58,000 nucleotides of DNA from Thermoplasmatales archaeon SM1-50 (GCA_001595945.1 LSSI01000052.1:1-58000), one strand, 5' to 3'. Counted from the first letter of the stretch, positions 18,825 through 29,331 are shown. Notes: generated by a model not told the origin, from the sequence alone. A program made the numbers and translations.

Positions 18825-18848
18825 GGACAAACAATGACACAGTTTTGA
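18825..18848 (-). repeat. Cassette-boundary repeat copy (core only)
   Basis: GGACAAACAATGACACAGTTTTGA, ~25 nt from the stop at 18871. Confidence 0.65.
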
Positions 18849-18870
18849 CTCATAATTGTTATTGTGTTAA

Positions 18871-19437
18871 CTATTTCTTTGATTTAGGGAACCCTAGCCA
18901 TTGTGGTGTTTTTTCCATGTATTCCTTATATGGTTTTCCATAATGTCCTAAAGTTACTGCTTCTTCAAAAGGAGACAAATAAACCGTGATGAAAATAAAA
19001 AATATTGTTATCAATAGAAAAACCCAAGAAATAGAAACAATAGCTATGCCAAAATAGATCAAAAACCAACCAATAAACATAGGATTTCTTGAATAACGAT
19101 AAATACCTTTAGTAACAGGTTTATTCATTGGAGTAGCAGCAAAATTTAACATTGCTATAGCAACCAAAACCAATCCACCTAAGTATACAATCAATCCTGC
19201 ATAGAACCAAATTGTTCCAAGTTTTAATGGCAAAAAAACACTATAAAAAAAGGATCCAAACATGACTATAACCAATAGATATGAAAGAATCTTCTCCTTC
19301 CTTTTTGAAGGGGGAACAGCTTCAGGCATCCTTTTCGAAAATAAAAATTTGACACCACTAATCCAAAACACGATATCGGGGATTATAAAAATCCACGCAT
19401 TCCATATACCAATTTCAAAATCAGGAATCCACGACAT
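18871..19437 (-). CDS. Isoprenylcysteine carboxylmethyltransferase / PEMT-family membrane protein
   Basis: VTKGIYRYSRNPMF, EE..L..YG..Y.EY...TP. Confidence 0.88.
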   Translation of the reverse strand: MSWIPDFEIGIWNAWIFIIPDIVFWISGVKFLFSKRMPEAVPPSKRKEKILSYLLVIVMFGSFFYSVFLPLKLGTIWFYAGLIVYLGGLVLVAIAMLNFAATPMNKPVTKGIYRYSRNPMFIGWFLIYFGIAIVSISWVFLLITIFFIFITVYLSPFEEAVTLGHYGKPYKEYMEKTPQWLGFPKSKK

Positions 19438-19485
19438 TGTTCTCTCCTACCTTTGAGTTTTATAACAATTCCTATCTTAAAAACA

Positions 19486-19529
19486 TATCCTTAAGGGAGA
19501 CAGAAGCTTTGACATGGTTTTACAGAGAC
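19486..19529 (-). repeat. Cassette-boundary repeat copy
   Basis: TATCCTTAAGGGAGACAGAAGCTTTGACATGGTTTTACAGAGAC. Confidence 0.8.
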
Positions 19530-19589
19530 ATGAATGTAAAAGAAAAAAAGGAGAGAAGAGGGAATGAAACCCTTATTTGACTATTAAAA

Positions 19590-20453
19590 TCAGGGAGTAT
19601 AGGAGTAAGAAACTAACTCAGATTCGAATGTAAACCCTGGTCTTCCGCCAATATCTGTGGCATTGGAAACATCTTTTACCGTCCAACCTACTTCAGGCAC
19701 GTAGTAGTAGGATTCGGAAGCATGATACAGACCACTGGTAGCTGTCACTGAGACATTGTACGCGTCATAGGTCCCTGTTGGAACAGTAATGTTTGCCATC
19801 TCGCACGTGTAATTCTGTTCACCCGTGTACCCATAGAGGTCTGGCCAATTAAAAAGCGTGATAAGACCCCAGAAGAGTGAACATTTTTCATGACCTGTAT
19901 AAGAACTATTCGGCAGGGTACCATTTGTTCCTGCGGTTAGTGGAAACGGAAGAGATACAGCAGGTGGTGAATAAGTACCTGCCCAAGCATCAGTATATTG
20001 CGCGGGGATAGGTATCATGTTAAAAAGTAACCAAAAGACAAGACCCTTTTCTTGACCATAACGACTTACTAGAGCAAGATCTGTTTTACTAAGTTTAGCT
20101 TCACCGGATAATTTAGTTAATTTAGTAAATTTGAAGTGAAACGAGCTGATAGTGACACTCCCCTCATCATTTGTCGTGGTCATCTTGACCGTATAGTTAT
20201 CTCCAGTCGTGTTAGTAACATCATAGGTGCTTGTACAATTATGATACCATAAATACCATAAAGTACCATCTGCCTTGTACAAACGATTTACATATTTTTC
20301 ATTATAGGTAAATGAATCCCCTACCTCCCACACCGGGACATCAACACTAAATGATTGTGGTTGGATTTTCTCCTTGATATTTATATTTGTTGCAGATACC
20401 AAGGTAGTAGCCACTAGCATACAAATACATATTCCTACTATTTTCTTGTACAT
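19590..20453 (-). CDS. Secreted hypothetical protein (PxWxVGD / TVPxGTY beta-sheet family)
   Basis: GGGGAGG RBS; signal peptide; VPVWEVGDSFTY, ITVPTGTYDAY, YYVPEVG. Confidence 0.8.
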   Translation of the reverse strand: MYKKIVGICICMLVATTLVSATNINIKEKIQPQSFSVDVPVWEVGDSFTYNEKYVNRLYKADGTLWYLWYHNCTSTYDVTNTTGDNYTVKMTTTNDEGSVTISSFHFKFTKLTKLSGEAKLSKTDLALVSRYGQEKGLVFWLLFNMIPIPAQYTDAWAGTYSPPAVSLPFPLTAGTNGTLPNSSYTGHEKCSLFWGLITLFNWPDLYGYTGEQNYTCEMANITVPTGTYDAYNVSVTATSGLYHASESYYYVPEVGWTVKDVSNATDIGGRPGFTFESELVSYSYTP

Positions 20454-20534
20454 ATTTTTTCCTCCCCTGACAATATAGGGTAAAAATTGGAACGACGCCA
20501 TCTTATTTAAATGTTATGAAAATAATAAAAATAA

Positions 20535-20560
20535 CGGGGAGAAGCAATGATACGGTTTTT
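20535..20560 (-). repeat. Cassette-boundary repeat copy
   Basis: CGGGGAGAAGCAATGATACGGTTTTT. Confidence 0.85.
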
Positions 20561-20645
20561 TAGGGTCTGTTTTGTCTGAGAATCATGCTGACACACGCCT
20601 TGGTAAAAGAAATAGTCTCAGACACAAGAAATAGATATTGAATAA

Positions 20646-20840
20646 TTAGAATCTCTTTCTCTTGAAGAAAAACTGCAAACTAGTAGTAGTCCCTCCACCC
20701 ATTTGAGATAAAGGTACTACTGAAACAAGTTCCCAATCATCCCTTCCTAAATCAGCTAATAATTGTTCTATATCTGATTTATCTTCCCCTGACCAGAAAG
20801 ATTTTTCTGTTGTAATAATTTTATACTCCCAACTTGTCAT
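20646..20840 (-). CDS. DUF4177-like small protein
   Basis: WEYKII...LADLGRDDWELVSV...FFFKR. Confidence 0.85.
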   Translation of the reverse strand: MTSWEYKIITTEKSFWSGEDKSDIEQLLADLGRDDWELVSVVPLSQMGGGTTTSLQFFFKRKRF

Positions 20841-20918
20841 TTATTTCACCCTATGCTTCCATTTTAATCAGCAATATTATAACAAGTAAGTTCTTTCATA
20901 CTATATCCTTAAAAAAAG

Positions 20919-20965
20919 TATCCTCAAGAAACAAGAGAAAAGGGAAAACATTAACACGGTTTTAA
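20919..20965 (-). repeat. Cassette-boundary repeat copy
   Basis: TATCCTCAAGAAACAAGAGAAAAGGGAAAACATTAACACGGTTTTAA. Confidence 0.85.
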
Positions 20966-20999
20966 CTGATATCATCCTTAATCACTTACTTAATAAACT

Positions 21000-21149
21000 C
21001 TAAGATCTACTTTCAGATTCTTTAGTCTCACCCTCACAAAACACCTCTGAAAGTTCACAATGGAGATGAAATCCTCTCTCTTTATCATCATCTTTTGTTA
21101 ATTGTTTATGACAAATAGGACAAAATACTATTCCTTCTGGATATTTCAC
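21000..21149 (-). CDS. 49-aa Zn-finger microprotein, absent from the ORF track
   Basis: GGAGG RBS, GTG start; MKYPEGIVFCPICHKQLTKDDDKERGFHLHCELSEVFCEGETKESESRS; sole ORF between two repeats. Confidence 0.65.
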   Translation of the reverse strand: MKYPEGIVFCPICHKQLTKDDDKERGFHLHCELSEVFCEGETKESESRS

Positions 21150-21226
21150 CTTCTATTCCTCCACTTACAATAAAGTTAAAAAGTTAATATCTTCTGATTT
21201 TATTTAAACGTTTGGAACTAATAAAA

Positions 21227-21274
21227 ATCCTCAGAAAACAGGTGGGTGGGAACGAATTGACCTAGTTCACAGAC
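21227..21274 (-). repeat. Cassette-boundary repeat copy
   Basis: ATCCTCAGAAAACAGGTGGGTGGGAACGAATTGACCTAGTTCACAGAC. Confidence 0.85.
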
Positions 21275-21346
21275 TTAATGGGTTTTTTGGTGTAAATCTA
21301 AGCATAATAAAAAAGAAAAAGAGAGAAGAGGGGCGTGATTCCTTTT

Positions 21347-21679
21347 TTAAAATTCTAAGGCGCCAATGCACCAGCCCATGATCATGTGTGGCATCAGGAC
21401 GCCTCTGAATGTATTTGGTATAACCATCATCTGGCCACCATACCGAAAACCAGTAATCCGTTGAACAATACTCTGAGCGACATAATGGACAAATAGACAG
21501 CGAAACATTATCAATGCGCCGCCGTTTATCTCTCTAGGTCGGGTGAGTAGAAAGCCCTGGATGGTTGTCCAACCGATTCTACTTGGTTGCGGATTTTCCT
21601 GTATAGTTAGTCCTGCTGTGACAGGAATCACGGTTAATAACAGCATGCATATTAAGATGCTTATAATTTTGTATTTCAT
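21347..21679 (-). CDS. Small secreted hypothetical protein (paralog of 31609..31941)
   Basis: Signal peptide; 81/110 identical to the paralog by manual count. Confidence 0.85.
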   Translation of the reverse strand: MKYKIISILICMLLLTVIPVTAGLTIQENPQPSRIGWTTIQGFLLTRPREINGGALIMFRCLFVHYVAQSIVQRITGFRYGGQMMVIPNTFRGVLMPHMIMGWCIGALEF

Positions 21680-21762
21680 GTTTTTCTCCCTCCCTTTAAA
21701 ACCTGGGTTCTATTCAACTAACGAATGCCACTACGGTATTTATATTTTATCATCAGTTTTTA

Positions 21763-21780
21763 TTGTAACAAAAGTTATAA
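21763..21780. promoter_or_regulatory. Palindromic operator
   Basis: TTGTAACAAAAGTTATAA upstream of TATA. Confidence 0.6.
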
Positions 21781-21837
21781 TAATTAAAAAACTATTTTTG
21801 TTCCAGCGTACTTGTTGATGTATATTTCTTTAAAACC

Positions 21838-21887
21838 TATCCTAAGAAATAAGGTAAGGGGCGGGAAAGCAGTCACACGGTTTAAAC
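21838..21887 (-). repeat. Cassette-boundary repeat copy
   Basis: TATCCTAAGAAATAAGGTAAGGGGCGGGAAAGCAGTCACACGGTTTAAAC. Confidence 0.9.
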
Positions 21888-21936
21888 TTGGTTGTTTTAG
21901 GCGAAAACAAAATAATAAAAGAAAAAAAATTAGGGT

Positions 21937-24900
21937 TTAGGAAACTTGATAACTGACTTCCGCAAAATGGCCGGCTCTCATAACAATATATAGTGTTGTA
22001 TATCCAACGAATTCCACAGAGTATAATGCAGGTCTACCTAGGTGGAAGAAAGAATACCCATAAAATCCATCTATGTCAGTTTGAAGACTGAGAGTTCCAC
22101 CTTCTATCGAAGGGCCCGTTATGATAATATCAGATCCTATAATTGGATTCCCAGATGAGTCTGTGAGAAAGCCTATGATCCCTCTAAATTTTTTGAATTC
22201 ATTCCTGTTCTGAATTGTATCCTCCGCCGCAAATGAATCCGGACCAGTTGCTGAGAATAAATGGTCTATCATATCATAGATTGATGCTGTATCAGGATCC
22301 TTTATTGCATTTCCCCGTACGACTCCGTTCTCATCATAATAATATTGAAGCTCATATCCACCGGTTTGTTTTAGTGCATAATCACAATGTACAGTGATGT
22401 AGATAAAACCATCATACTCTGCAAATGGAGTGACAGTAAGTAAGTTTCTATCAATACCGATATCAAAAGCATCTGAAATATCGTCCTCAGGTATAAGACA
22501 GCCGTCAGGTCCTGCAATGACCGAGCTATACACATGAACTGGCGTTGCACCTTGGGTCTCAAAAGTGCTTGGCAATGTTATCTCAAAATCACCAGTGATG
22601 TCTTGTCCGCTATAGAATACATGATAGTAGAATTGACCTGGATTGGTTGCCGTAACTTTGTATAAATTCGGATCATTAGCTATATCTGGAGTGAAAATTA
22701 CTCTGAACTGCTGTCCATCTGCTTCATCAATATCAAAGTAACACAAACTTGAATCAGTTATCAACCCTCCTTCAAACCAGTTACCAAAGTTAAGTTCAAC
22801 ATCACCACCACTTTGGGCAATCACTTGATGAGAATCACCAGTAGGTTGAGTTTTTGTCCAAATATCAGGAGCACCCTCAGATACCATGTATGTACCTGGT
22901 TCTTTGAGTGTGAACTCATAATATCCCGTGTCCCATGTGCCATCTCCAGTTATTACAGAAACTGTGTCATCATTATGATCAAGAGTTATTGTCCATCCAT
23001 CAAGGTAAGGTTCATCATTATTCCATGTTCCATCACCGTTACCATCAAAATATTTATGACCGTAGATATAAAGCCACTCAAAGTTCATAAAGTCATTACC
23101 AGCCAAATCAACGCTATTTTCTATAGTGACACTGTAACCGAAAACAGAGGAACCATCACCGTAGACAATATCACCTGGATATAGTTTTGTCCATCCGATT
23201 GGTAAAACTTCTTTTATTTCATAATAACCAGGCTCGATAACAACAAATTCATAATATCCATTTACATCAGTTGTCGTCGAATTTAGCAGCGAACTCTCAT
23301 TCCATAGTTCAATAGCCCAATTTTCAATTGGATTGGTTGTTGTTTGGGTACCATCACTATCCTCATATTTTATGCCAGAGACTGTCACCCATTCAAAGTA
23401 ATGAGCTGTTGCAGTATGGGCTGAATTCATGGTAACAGTTATTGGATTTTCTCCATCAGCTTGGTTTGTTCCATCAATATCCCAGTATAGGAAAGTGTAA
23501 CCATCTATAGATGGCGCAGTTACTTCAACGTCTGTTCCTTGTTCATACCAGCCTTCTTCTGCGAAGGTTGTTAGACCTGCTGGATCAGTACCGACAGTAA
23601 GGTAGTAAAATTGAATAGGTGGACAGAGGCTAAAATCGAGAATACTAGGCTCCTCAGCATTTACTTCTACTGACATGGTTTGACTCACATATCCCTCAGC
23701 CTCAACAGTAACGTTCCCTGTTCTTGAACTGCCACCTGGACCTAATTCTATATCTGTCAGAGTATAAACACCATCTTCATCGGTATAGGCGATTACACCA
23801 AAAGTACTACCTACAAAAGCTCCTTCTATAGGCTCACCGGTTACACAATCCGTAACAGTACCTGTAACAGAGCCAAAAGCAATCTCAGGCCCAGCGAAAT
23901 CTATGGTTATAATACCGCCACAGAAAATAGTGCCTGTTTTGGTTTGGGGCCAATAGCCTGAAGCAGATGCTCGGACATTATAGAGGCGGGGCTCGTTGTC
24001 ATACCCTAATGGTAAATTCGGGAGGGTGTAAACACCCTGATCATCGGTAGTAAACTCTCGGATCCAAGTCTGGGAGTAGATGTAAAACGGTATATTGGAT
24101 TGAATGTAGGACCAAGCATAAAGATCCGCCCCAACGATAGGTTCACCAGTAGTAGCATCAATAACCTTCCCTGTGATAGTAGCATGACACAAGGCGATAT
24201 CCACAGTGACATCGGTATTGGCTACCGCAGTAGCACCAAGGTAGGTTGAGGAATACCCATCTGCATGGAAGCCGATTATATAGTCCGTCGGGAGATTAAC
24301 CGCATTTAGCGGGACATTGGGCATAGTGTAGTACCCATCAGCGTCTGTGGTGACCTCAAGCGTTTTATACCAATTGCTATGAGTCGGATATTTATAATAA
24401 TAATGATATCGGGGATAAATAAACACGGTCGCTCCTGCGATCGGGTCATCTGTTTCTGCATCAATAACTCGTCCGTTAAAAGCACCATACAGCTTAGGGA
24501 TCAAGGAAAAATCTGATGTACCATTGATGCCACAAGAAACAGTAGCTGCTTGTGTCTCACTGTTATAGTATTCTGGGTGGGTTACTACAATACTATAGGT
24601 ACGAGCTGCGTCATCCTCCCCAAGAGCTATATTAGGTAGAGTATAACCTCCCTGTTCATCAGTATAAAAGTTATAAGCCCTCACATATGAATAGGGTGTA
24701 ATGTCAGAACGGGCGGTGATCTTGGCTCCCATAATGCCCATACCAGTATTAGCGTCGATAACCACACCAGTGATATTATTAGGAGGACACATGGCCATAT
24801 CAACAGTGACTTCAGTATTAGCTATAGCAGTGGCAACGTGGTAAGTCTCAGAGTAACCTTCTGCGTGGAAACCTAACACCCACACTTTAGGGTTGTTGCA

Positions 24901-26106
24901 TGGAATTAATGGTACGTTATTCATAACATATTCACCATTAGTGTCTGTGGTTACCTCAATTGTTGTATACCATCGGATATACTCCGGGTAAATATTGAAA
25001 TACTGATGCGGATTTGGCTCATAATAAATATACACCTTAGCCCCTGCGATTGGTTCTTCGGTAACGATATCAGTGACCCGTCCGATAAAAGTACCATAAC
25101 ACTTAGGGACCAATGAAATATTCAAAAAAATGTTACTGCCACAGGATATAGTTGCTTCTTGCTCAGCTGTACAGTATTCTGGGGCTGATACTGTGACAAC
25201 GTAGGTACGATCCGTGTTATCCTCAGCAAGAGGTAGATTCGGCAAGGAATAATAGCCATTTTCATCGGTAGTAAATTGATAGGCATAGACATAGGAGCTG
25301 ACGGCAGAGGACACTGCAACAATATTAGCATCTGGAACAGGTTGATTGGTATTAGCATCAATAACCCAGCCTGTGATACTCGCATGACATAAGGCTATGT
25401 CCACAGTGACAATAGTATCGGCAACAGCTGTCGCAACATGGTAATTGCCAGAGTAACCATCAGCATGGGCGCCTACCGTCCAAATTTTAGGGGCATTGTT
25501 GGTATTTAGTGGTACACCCGTAATAAGATAATTACCACCTGAGTCTGTGGTAACCTCGATTGTTTTACCCCAATAGTTATTCTCTCCTCCTCCTGGTCTC
25601 ATATAATAATTATAAGATGAATATATAAACACTTTAGCTTCTGCAATTGGTAACCCAGTATCCATATCTGTTACCTGCCCAGCAAAGGTTCCAAATTTCA
25701 TGGGAATTAAGCCAAAATCAATTGTAATTGATGTAGCTGTCGTATGGGTAAGACCTCCACCGGTTCCTATCAATGTTATCGGATAATTACCTGTTATTAC
25801 TCCTTCTATTGTGCTTATTGTTAGGGTGGAATATCCTGTAGGCGTAACAGGAGTAGGATTAAAATTTGCATATGCTCCATCAGGAAGTCCTGAAATGCTT
25901 AAACTAACTGGAGAGCTAAAGCCATTAAGGGAAGTAACTGTTACTACAAATGTGGTATATTCTCCAGGAGCTACAGTTTGAGACGATGGAAATACAGAGA
26001 TTGAAAAATCAGGTTCATCATCTGCATTTACATTCGTTGATACTATCGCAAAAGCGGTCAAAACCAGCGTTAAAAAAACAAATATATACACAATTTTTCG
26101 CTTCAT
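21937..26106 (-). CDS. 1389-aa secreted adhesin-like protein: carboxypeptidase-regulatory-like repeats, InlB-B-like and SdrD/Cna-B-like domains
   Basis: Repeated GxVxDxxTGxPIxGAxV...TDxxGxY modules; GYTFLYWDIDG; ISGxKYxD..GWTI.L. Confidence 0.85.
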   Translation of the reverse strand: MKRKIVYIFVFLTLVLTAFAIVSTNVNADDEPDFSISVFPSSQTVAPGEYTTFVVTVTSLNGFSSPVSLSISGLPDGAYANFNPTPVTPTGYSTLTISTIEGVITGNYPITLIGTGGGLTHTTATSITIDFGLIPMKFGTFAGQVTDMDTGLPIAEAKVFIYSSYNYYMRPGGGENNYWGKTIEVTTDSGGNYLITGVPLNTNNAPKIWTVGAHADGYSGNYHVATAVADTIVTVDIALCHASITGWVIDANTNQPVPDANIVAVSSAVSSYVYAYQFTTDENGYYSLPNLPLAEDNTDRTYVVTVSAPEYCTAEQEATISCGSNIFLNISLVPKCYGTFIGRVTDIVTEEPIAGAKVYIYYEPNPHQYFNIYPEYIRWYTTIEVTTDTNGEYVMNNVPLIPCNNPKVWVLGFHAEGYSETYHVATAIANTEVTVDMAMCPPNNITGVVIDANTGMGIMGAKITARSDITPYSYVRAYNFYTDEQGGYTLPNIALGEDDAARTYSIVVTHPEYYNSETQAATVSCGINGTSDFSLIPKLYGAFNGRVIDAETDDPIAGATVFIYPRYHYYYKYPTHSNWYKTLEVTTDADGYYTMPNVPLNAVNLPTDYIIGFHADGYSSTYLGATAVANTDVTVDIALCHATITGKVIDATTGEPIVGADLYAWSYIQSNIPFYIYSQTWIREFTTDDQGVYTLPNLPLGYDNEPRLYNVRASASGYWPQTKTGTIFCGGIITIDFAGPEIAFGSVTGTVTDCVTGEPIEGAFVGSTFGVIAYTDEDGVYTLTDIELGPGGSSRTGNVTVEAEGYVSQTMSVEVNAEEPSILDFSLCPPIQFYYLTVGTDPAGLTTFAEEGWYEQGTDVEVTAPSIDGYTFLYWDIDGTNQADGENPITVTMNSAHTATAHYFEWVTVSGIKYEDSDGTQTTTNPIENWAIELWNESSLLNSTTTDVNGYYEFVVIEPGYYEIKEVLPIGWTKLYPGDIVYGDGSSVFGYSVTIENSVDLAGNDFMNFEWLYIYGHKYFDGNGDGTWNNDEPYLDGWTITLDHNDDTVSVITGDGTWDTGYYEFTLKEPGTYMVSEGAPDIWTKTQPTGDSHQVIAQSGGDVELNFGNWFEGGLITDSSLCYFDIDEADGQQFRVIFTPDIANDPNLYKVTATNPGQFYYHVFYSGQDITGDFEITLPSTFETQGATPVHVYSSVIAGPDGCLIPEDDISDAFDIGIDRNLLTVTPFAEYDGFIYITVHCDYALKQTGGYELQYYYDENGVVRGNAIKDPDTASIYDMIDHLFSATGPDSFAAEDTIQNRNEFKKFRGIIGFLTDSSGNPIIGSDIIITGPSIEGGTLSLQTDIDGFYGYSFFHLGRPALYSVEFVGYTTLYIVMRAGHFAEVSYQVS

Positions 26107-26266
26107 TTTCTTTTTTCCTCCTCCAAAAATAAACGTTTCTCCACATTAGGAATATCTAACAATATATAAAAATTTCTATAAGATAATTATTACAACAAAT
26201 GTAACAATAAAATAATCCTATTATATAAAGATACATCTGTTAAATAATACAAGTATCCAAAAAAAC

Positions 26267-26307
26267 ATCCCGAAATAAGAGGAAGCATTGACAGCTTATA
26301 CAGAGAC
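26267..26307 (-). repeat. Cassette-boundary repeat copy
   Basis: ATCCCGAAATAAGAGGAAGCATTGACAGCTTATACAGAGAC. Confidence 0.75.
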
Positions 26308-26337
26308 AATAAATGAAAAAGAAAAAGAGTGAGATTC

Positions 26338-27951
26338 TTAGTATCCTAGCAGGTGTCGTAATAATGGGAATGCATTGGGAAACCGCTGGAACAATCGTTC
26401 CCAAAACCATTGCATCGGTATTTTGTATGAACAGGGCATGGTCACGGGTAAAGGATCTGACCAATCGCTCTCAACATCATGGATGTCTTTTGCTTTTACT
26501 TTAATACTGTAATCTCCTTTCACGCTCCAGGAATGTTCAGCAGCTGCAAAAAGTCCTGAGTCGTATGGACCAAGCCAGGTGCTCTGTGATCCATCACCCC
26601 AATCCCATTGGTAACAGACTTGGTCACCATCAACGTCAATGGTCTTTGTTGTATAGATATAATCAGTGTTGATTTTCCCCTTTGTTTCACCAGAGGGTTT
26701 ATCTGGTTTATCTGGCGGTTCATTCACCCATCCATTTGGTTCCATGAATGGATAGCGGTCTTGGTTGCTTCCACCAGAGATATTATACGGTGTATCGCCG
26801 ATGCCATCGCCATCATTATCCATTCCTATATAGACTGACCAGTAGTTCCCACCAGAGGGATATCCATTATCCCAGGCGTTGCTGCCATCATCATACGAAT
26901 CTTGATAGTTGTCGATTAGATTATTATGATAAAGATTATTGCTGTTTGATTGATAGAGGTAGATCTCCTCATGGTTGTGTGTTACAGTGTTCTCCATGAT
27001 AGTGTTGCTATAAGAAGTATGTAAAAAGATGGCAGCAGAGTTGCTCGTTATCGTGTTTTGTATGATATCGTTGTCATTGGAGGAAACTTGTAGATGGATG
27101 CCGCCACCATTGTCTGATACGGTGTTCCCTATAATGTTGTTGTTGCTCGAATAGTCTAGAAGGATGCCAAAGGAATTATCTGATACTGTGTTCCCTATGA
27201 TGTCGTTGTAGCTGGAAGAGTCTATCCAAATACCATAGATATAATTTGATACTATGTTTCCCGTTAAGTGGTTGTAGCTAGAAGAGTCTATGAAAATACC
27301 ATTATCATTATTTAATACCGTGTTTTCTGTGACACTGTTATTGCTAGAAGAGTCTATGAAGATACCACAGTCATTATTTGATACTGTATTTCCCATGACA
27401 ATATTGTTATTTGAAAGCCATACTTGGATACCATAGTCCACGTTTGAGTAAGCTGTGTTTCCTATGACCGTGTTATTGTTTGAAAGCCATACATAGATAC
27501 CAGCCAAGTTTGAGTGTGCTATGTTTCCTATGACCGTATTATTGTTGTAATAGGGAAAGAGGACAATGCCAAAGAAATCATCTTGTACAGTGAAACCAGT
27601 AATCGTTACTCCTTCTGACATAATATCGACAGCATCTCCAAGGGATAGACCGTCAATAACCGTAGTATCGTTGTTCTCTCCAATGAGATTAATGTTATCT
27701 TTATTTACGACAACATTCTCATAATACGTTCCACTGTACACAAAAACCGTGTCACCAGGATTCGCATCGTTAATTGCTGACTGTATGGTGGTATAGTTCC
27801 CAGGTCCAGTTCCTCCAACATACAACCACTCACGATTCATTAGTTGAGAATTTGTTGTTACCAGCGTATCTGAAGCCGAAACAGCATACATTCCAAAAAA
27901 CAACAGTATTATTCCTATAACAATAGCTTTTCTTGATTCACTCTTATTCAT
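26338..27951 (-). CDS. Secreted NosD/CASH beta-helix plus PKD protein
   Basis: WLYVGGTGPGNY, beta-helix repeats, YQWDWGDGS PKD, QRFPNAFPLLRHLLGY tail. Confidence 0.92.
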   Translation of the reverse strand: MNKSESRKAIVIGIILLFFGMYAVSASDTLVTTNSQLMNREWLYVGGTGPGNYTTIQSAINDANPGDTVFVYSGTYYENVVVNKDNINLIGENNDTTVIDGLSLGDAVDIMSEGVTITGFTVQDDFFGIVLFPYYNNNTVIGNIAHSNLAGIYVWLSNNNTVIGNTAYSNVDYGIQVWLSNNNIVMGNTVSNNDCGIFIDSSSNNSVTENTVLNNDNGIFIDSSSYNHLTGNIVSNYIYGIWIDSSSYNDIIGNTVSDNSFGILLDYSSNNNIIGNTVSDNGGGIHLQVSSNDNDIIQNTITSNSAAIFLHTSYSNTIMENTVTHNHEEIYLYQSNSNNLYHNNLIDNYQDSYDDGSNAWDNGYPSGGNYWSVYIGMDNDGDGIGDTPYNISGGSNQDRYPFMEPNGWVNEPPDKPDKPSGETKGKINTDYIYTTKTIDVDGDQVCYQWDWGDGSQSTWLGPYDSGLFAAAEHSWSVKGDYSIKVKAKDIHDVESDWSDPLPVTMPCSYKIPMQWFWERLFQRFPNAFPLLRHLLGY

Positions 27952-28241
27952 GTTTTGTTCCTCCCCTGATTCTTCAGGTTGGAAATAGGTATGAAGTTAT
28001 TTTATTTAAAAGTTAGGAAAAAATAAAAATAAAAAGAAATAACAGGGTGGAGTATGACCCCCTAGGATTATAGAAACCACCTGGTTCAGCGTTATTTACT
28101 AAGACGTAAACAACGCGAACATCACGAAAATCCATGAAAATGTGTACCTCTATGCGGGATTAATCGGGATGCAGTAATACTACTTTTAGTCATAGTTATT
28201 TATACGATAACAAAATTAGAAAAAAAGAGTGAGAACAAAGA

Positions 28242-28685
28242 TTAATTATTAATTAGGAGAGAAGGCCATGATAAGGGAATCCATGTAAAACTCCCTATCT
28301 GAACCCCTTTTGCTGTACCGGTCACAGTCTCTGCATTTATTGCTGATGCAGTCAGTGTTATTACAACTAGACCAAATCCATACGTCCCATATATTCCGAC
28401 ACCCAAAGCATTATGCGGAAGGATTTCGTTTTCATATCCATGGTTTATTACATTAATAGTATTACCAAATCCTCCCGTTATTGTCATATTATACGAAATA
28501 TTATGTGCGGTCTCATCACCGGCATTGAGTATTACCCCTAAAACATTTTTGGAAAAATAGGGCAAGGGTAAGCTGCCTACGATTTTTATCTCTAAATTCG
28601 TATTTGAATCCGCTACTGTTGTTACAGAAAAAACAGGGAAGATCAACAACAAACAAATTATGATTCTAATGAATTGTATCTTCAT
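28242..28685 (-). CDS. Small secreted Ig-like protein (stand-alone module family)
   Basis: Signal peptide; NAGDETA..ITGGFG..YGFGLVVITLTAS; related to 30935. Confidence 0.8.
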   Translation of the reverse strand: MKIQFIRIIICLLLIFPVFSVTTVADSNTNLEIKIVGSLPLPYFSKNVLGVILNAGDETAHNISYNMTITGGFGNTINVINHGYENEILPHNALGVGIYGTYGFGLVVITLTASAINAETVTGTAKGVQIGSFTWIPLSWPSLLINN

Positions 28686-28908
28686 ACTTTTCCTCCATTC
28701 ATAACCTATGTAAGAATTACTATCATCTTAAGGGATTTAAATGTTTGGAACCGATAAAAATAAGAGAAAGATAAAAACTAGTTATCCTTCTTTAGAAGCT
28801 ATTTGTACCGGTTCTTTCTCGCCACCGGAATACTATTACAGCTATAGAAGATAGAGTAAGAATAAGTTTAAAACCAAAGTTTTTATAGTCATTAATAGAG
28901 CTAAAATC

Positions 28909-29325
28909 CTATTGTTTTTTTTCAAAGAAGCTCCTATTACTTATAAGAAAGCCAATCATTACAACAAACAAAAAGAAAATCAACAAAGGGAGTGTTAACA
29001 ATAAATCCGTAACATCATACAATCCATCAAAACCAACATAGAACAACGAAATGATCATGCTATAAAGCGAAGAAAACAAAAATACCACGCCAAATAAGGA
29101 GAAGATTAATGCAATATAAAATGCCCATTTTTTACACACAAGAAGTCCCCATCCAACGGTGATAAAACTAAAGCTTATCATAAGTGGTATAATCCCAACA
29201 GGAGAAAAATAAAATGATGAGGAAAGAAATCCTGATGTGAGGATAAGGACAAAAGTTCCTAATAAAATCCAGAATATCGAGATAAAAACAATACTCGTCG
29301 GAGCAATTGGGTTGTCTGTTTCCAT
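28909..29325 (-). CDS. Four-TM membrane protein
   Basis: Hydrophobic helices; GWGLL..KKWA; third gene of a 3-gene operon. Confidence 0.75.
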
Positions 29326-29331
29326 TGGTTA

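Noticed and set aside
1868-27951. Diversity-generating retroelement among near-identical NosD segments
   Set aside because: No reverse transcriptase, both copies are coding, and no adenine-specific template/variable pair was seen.
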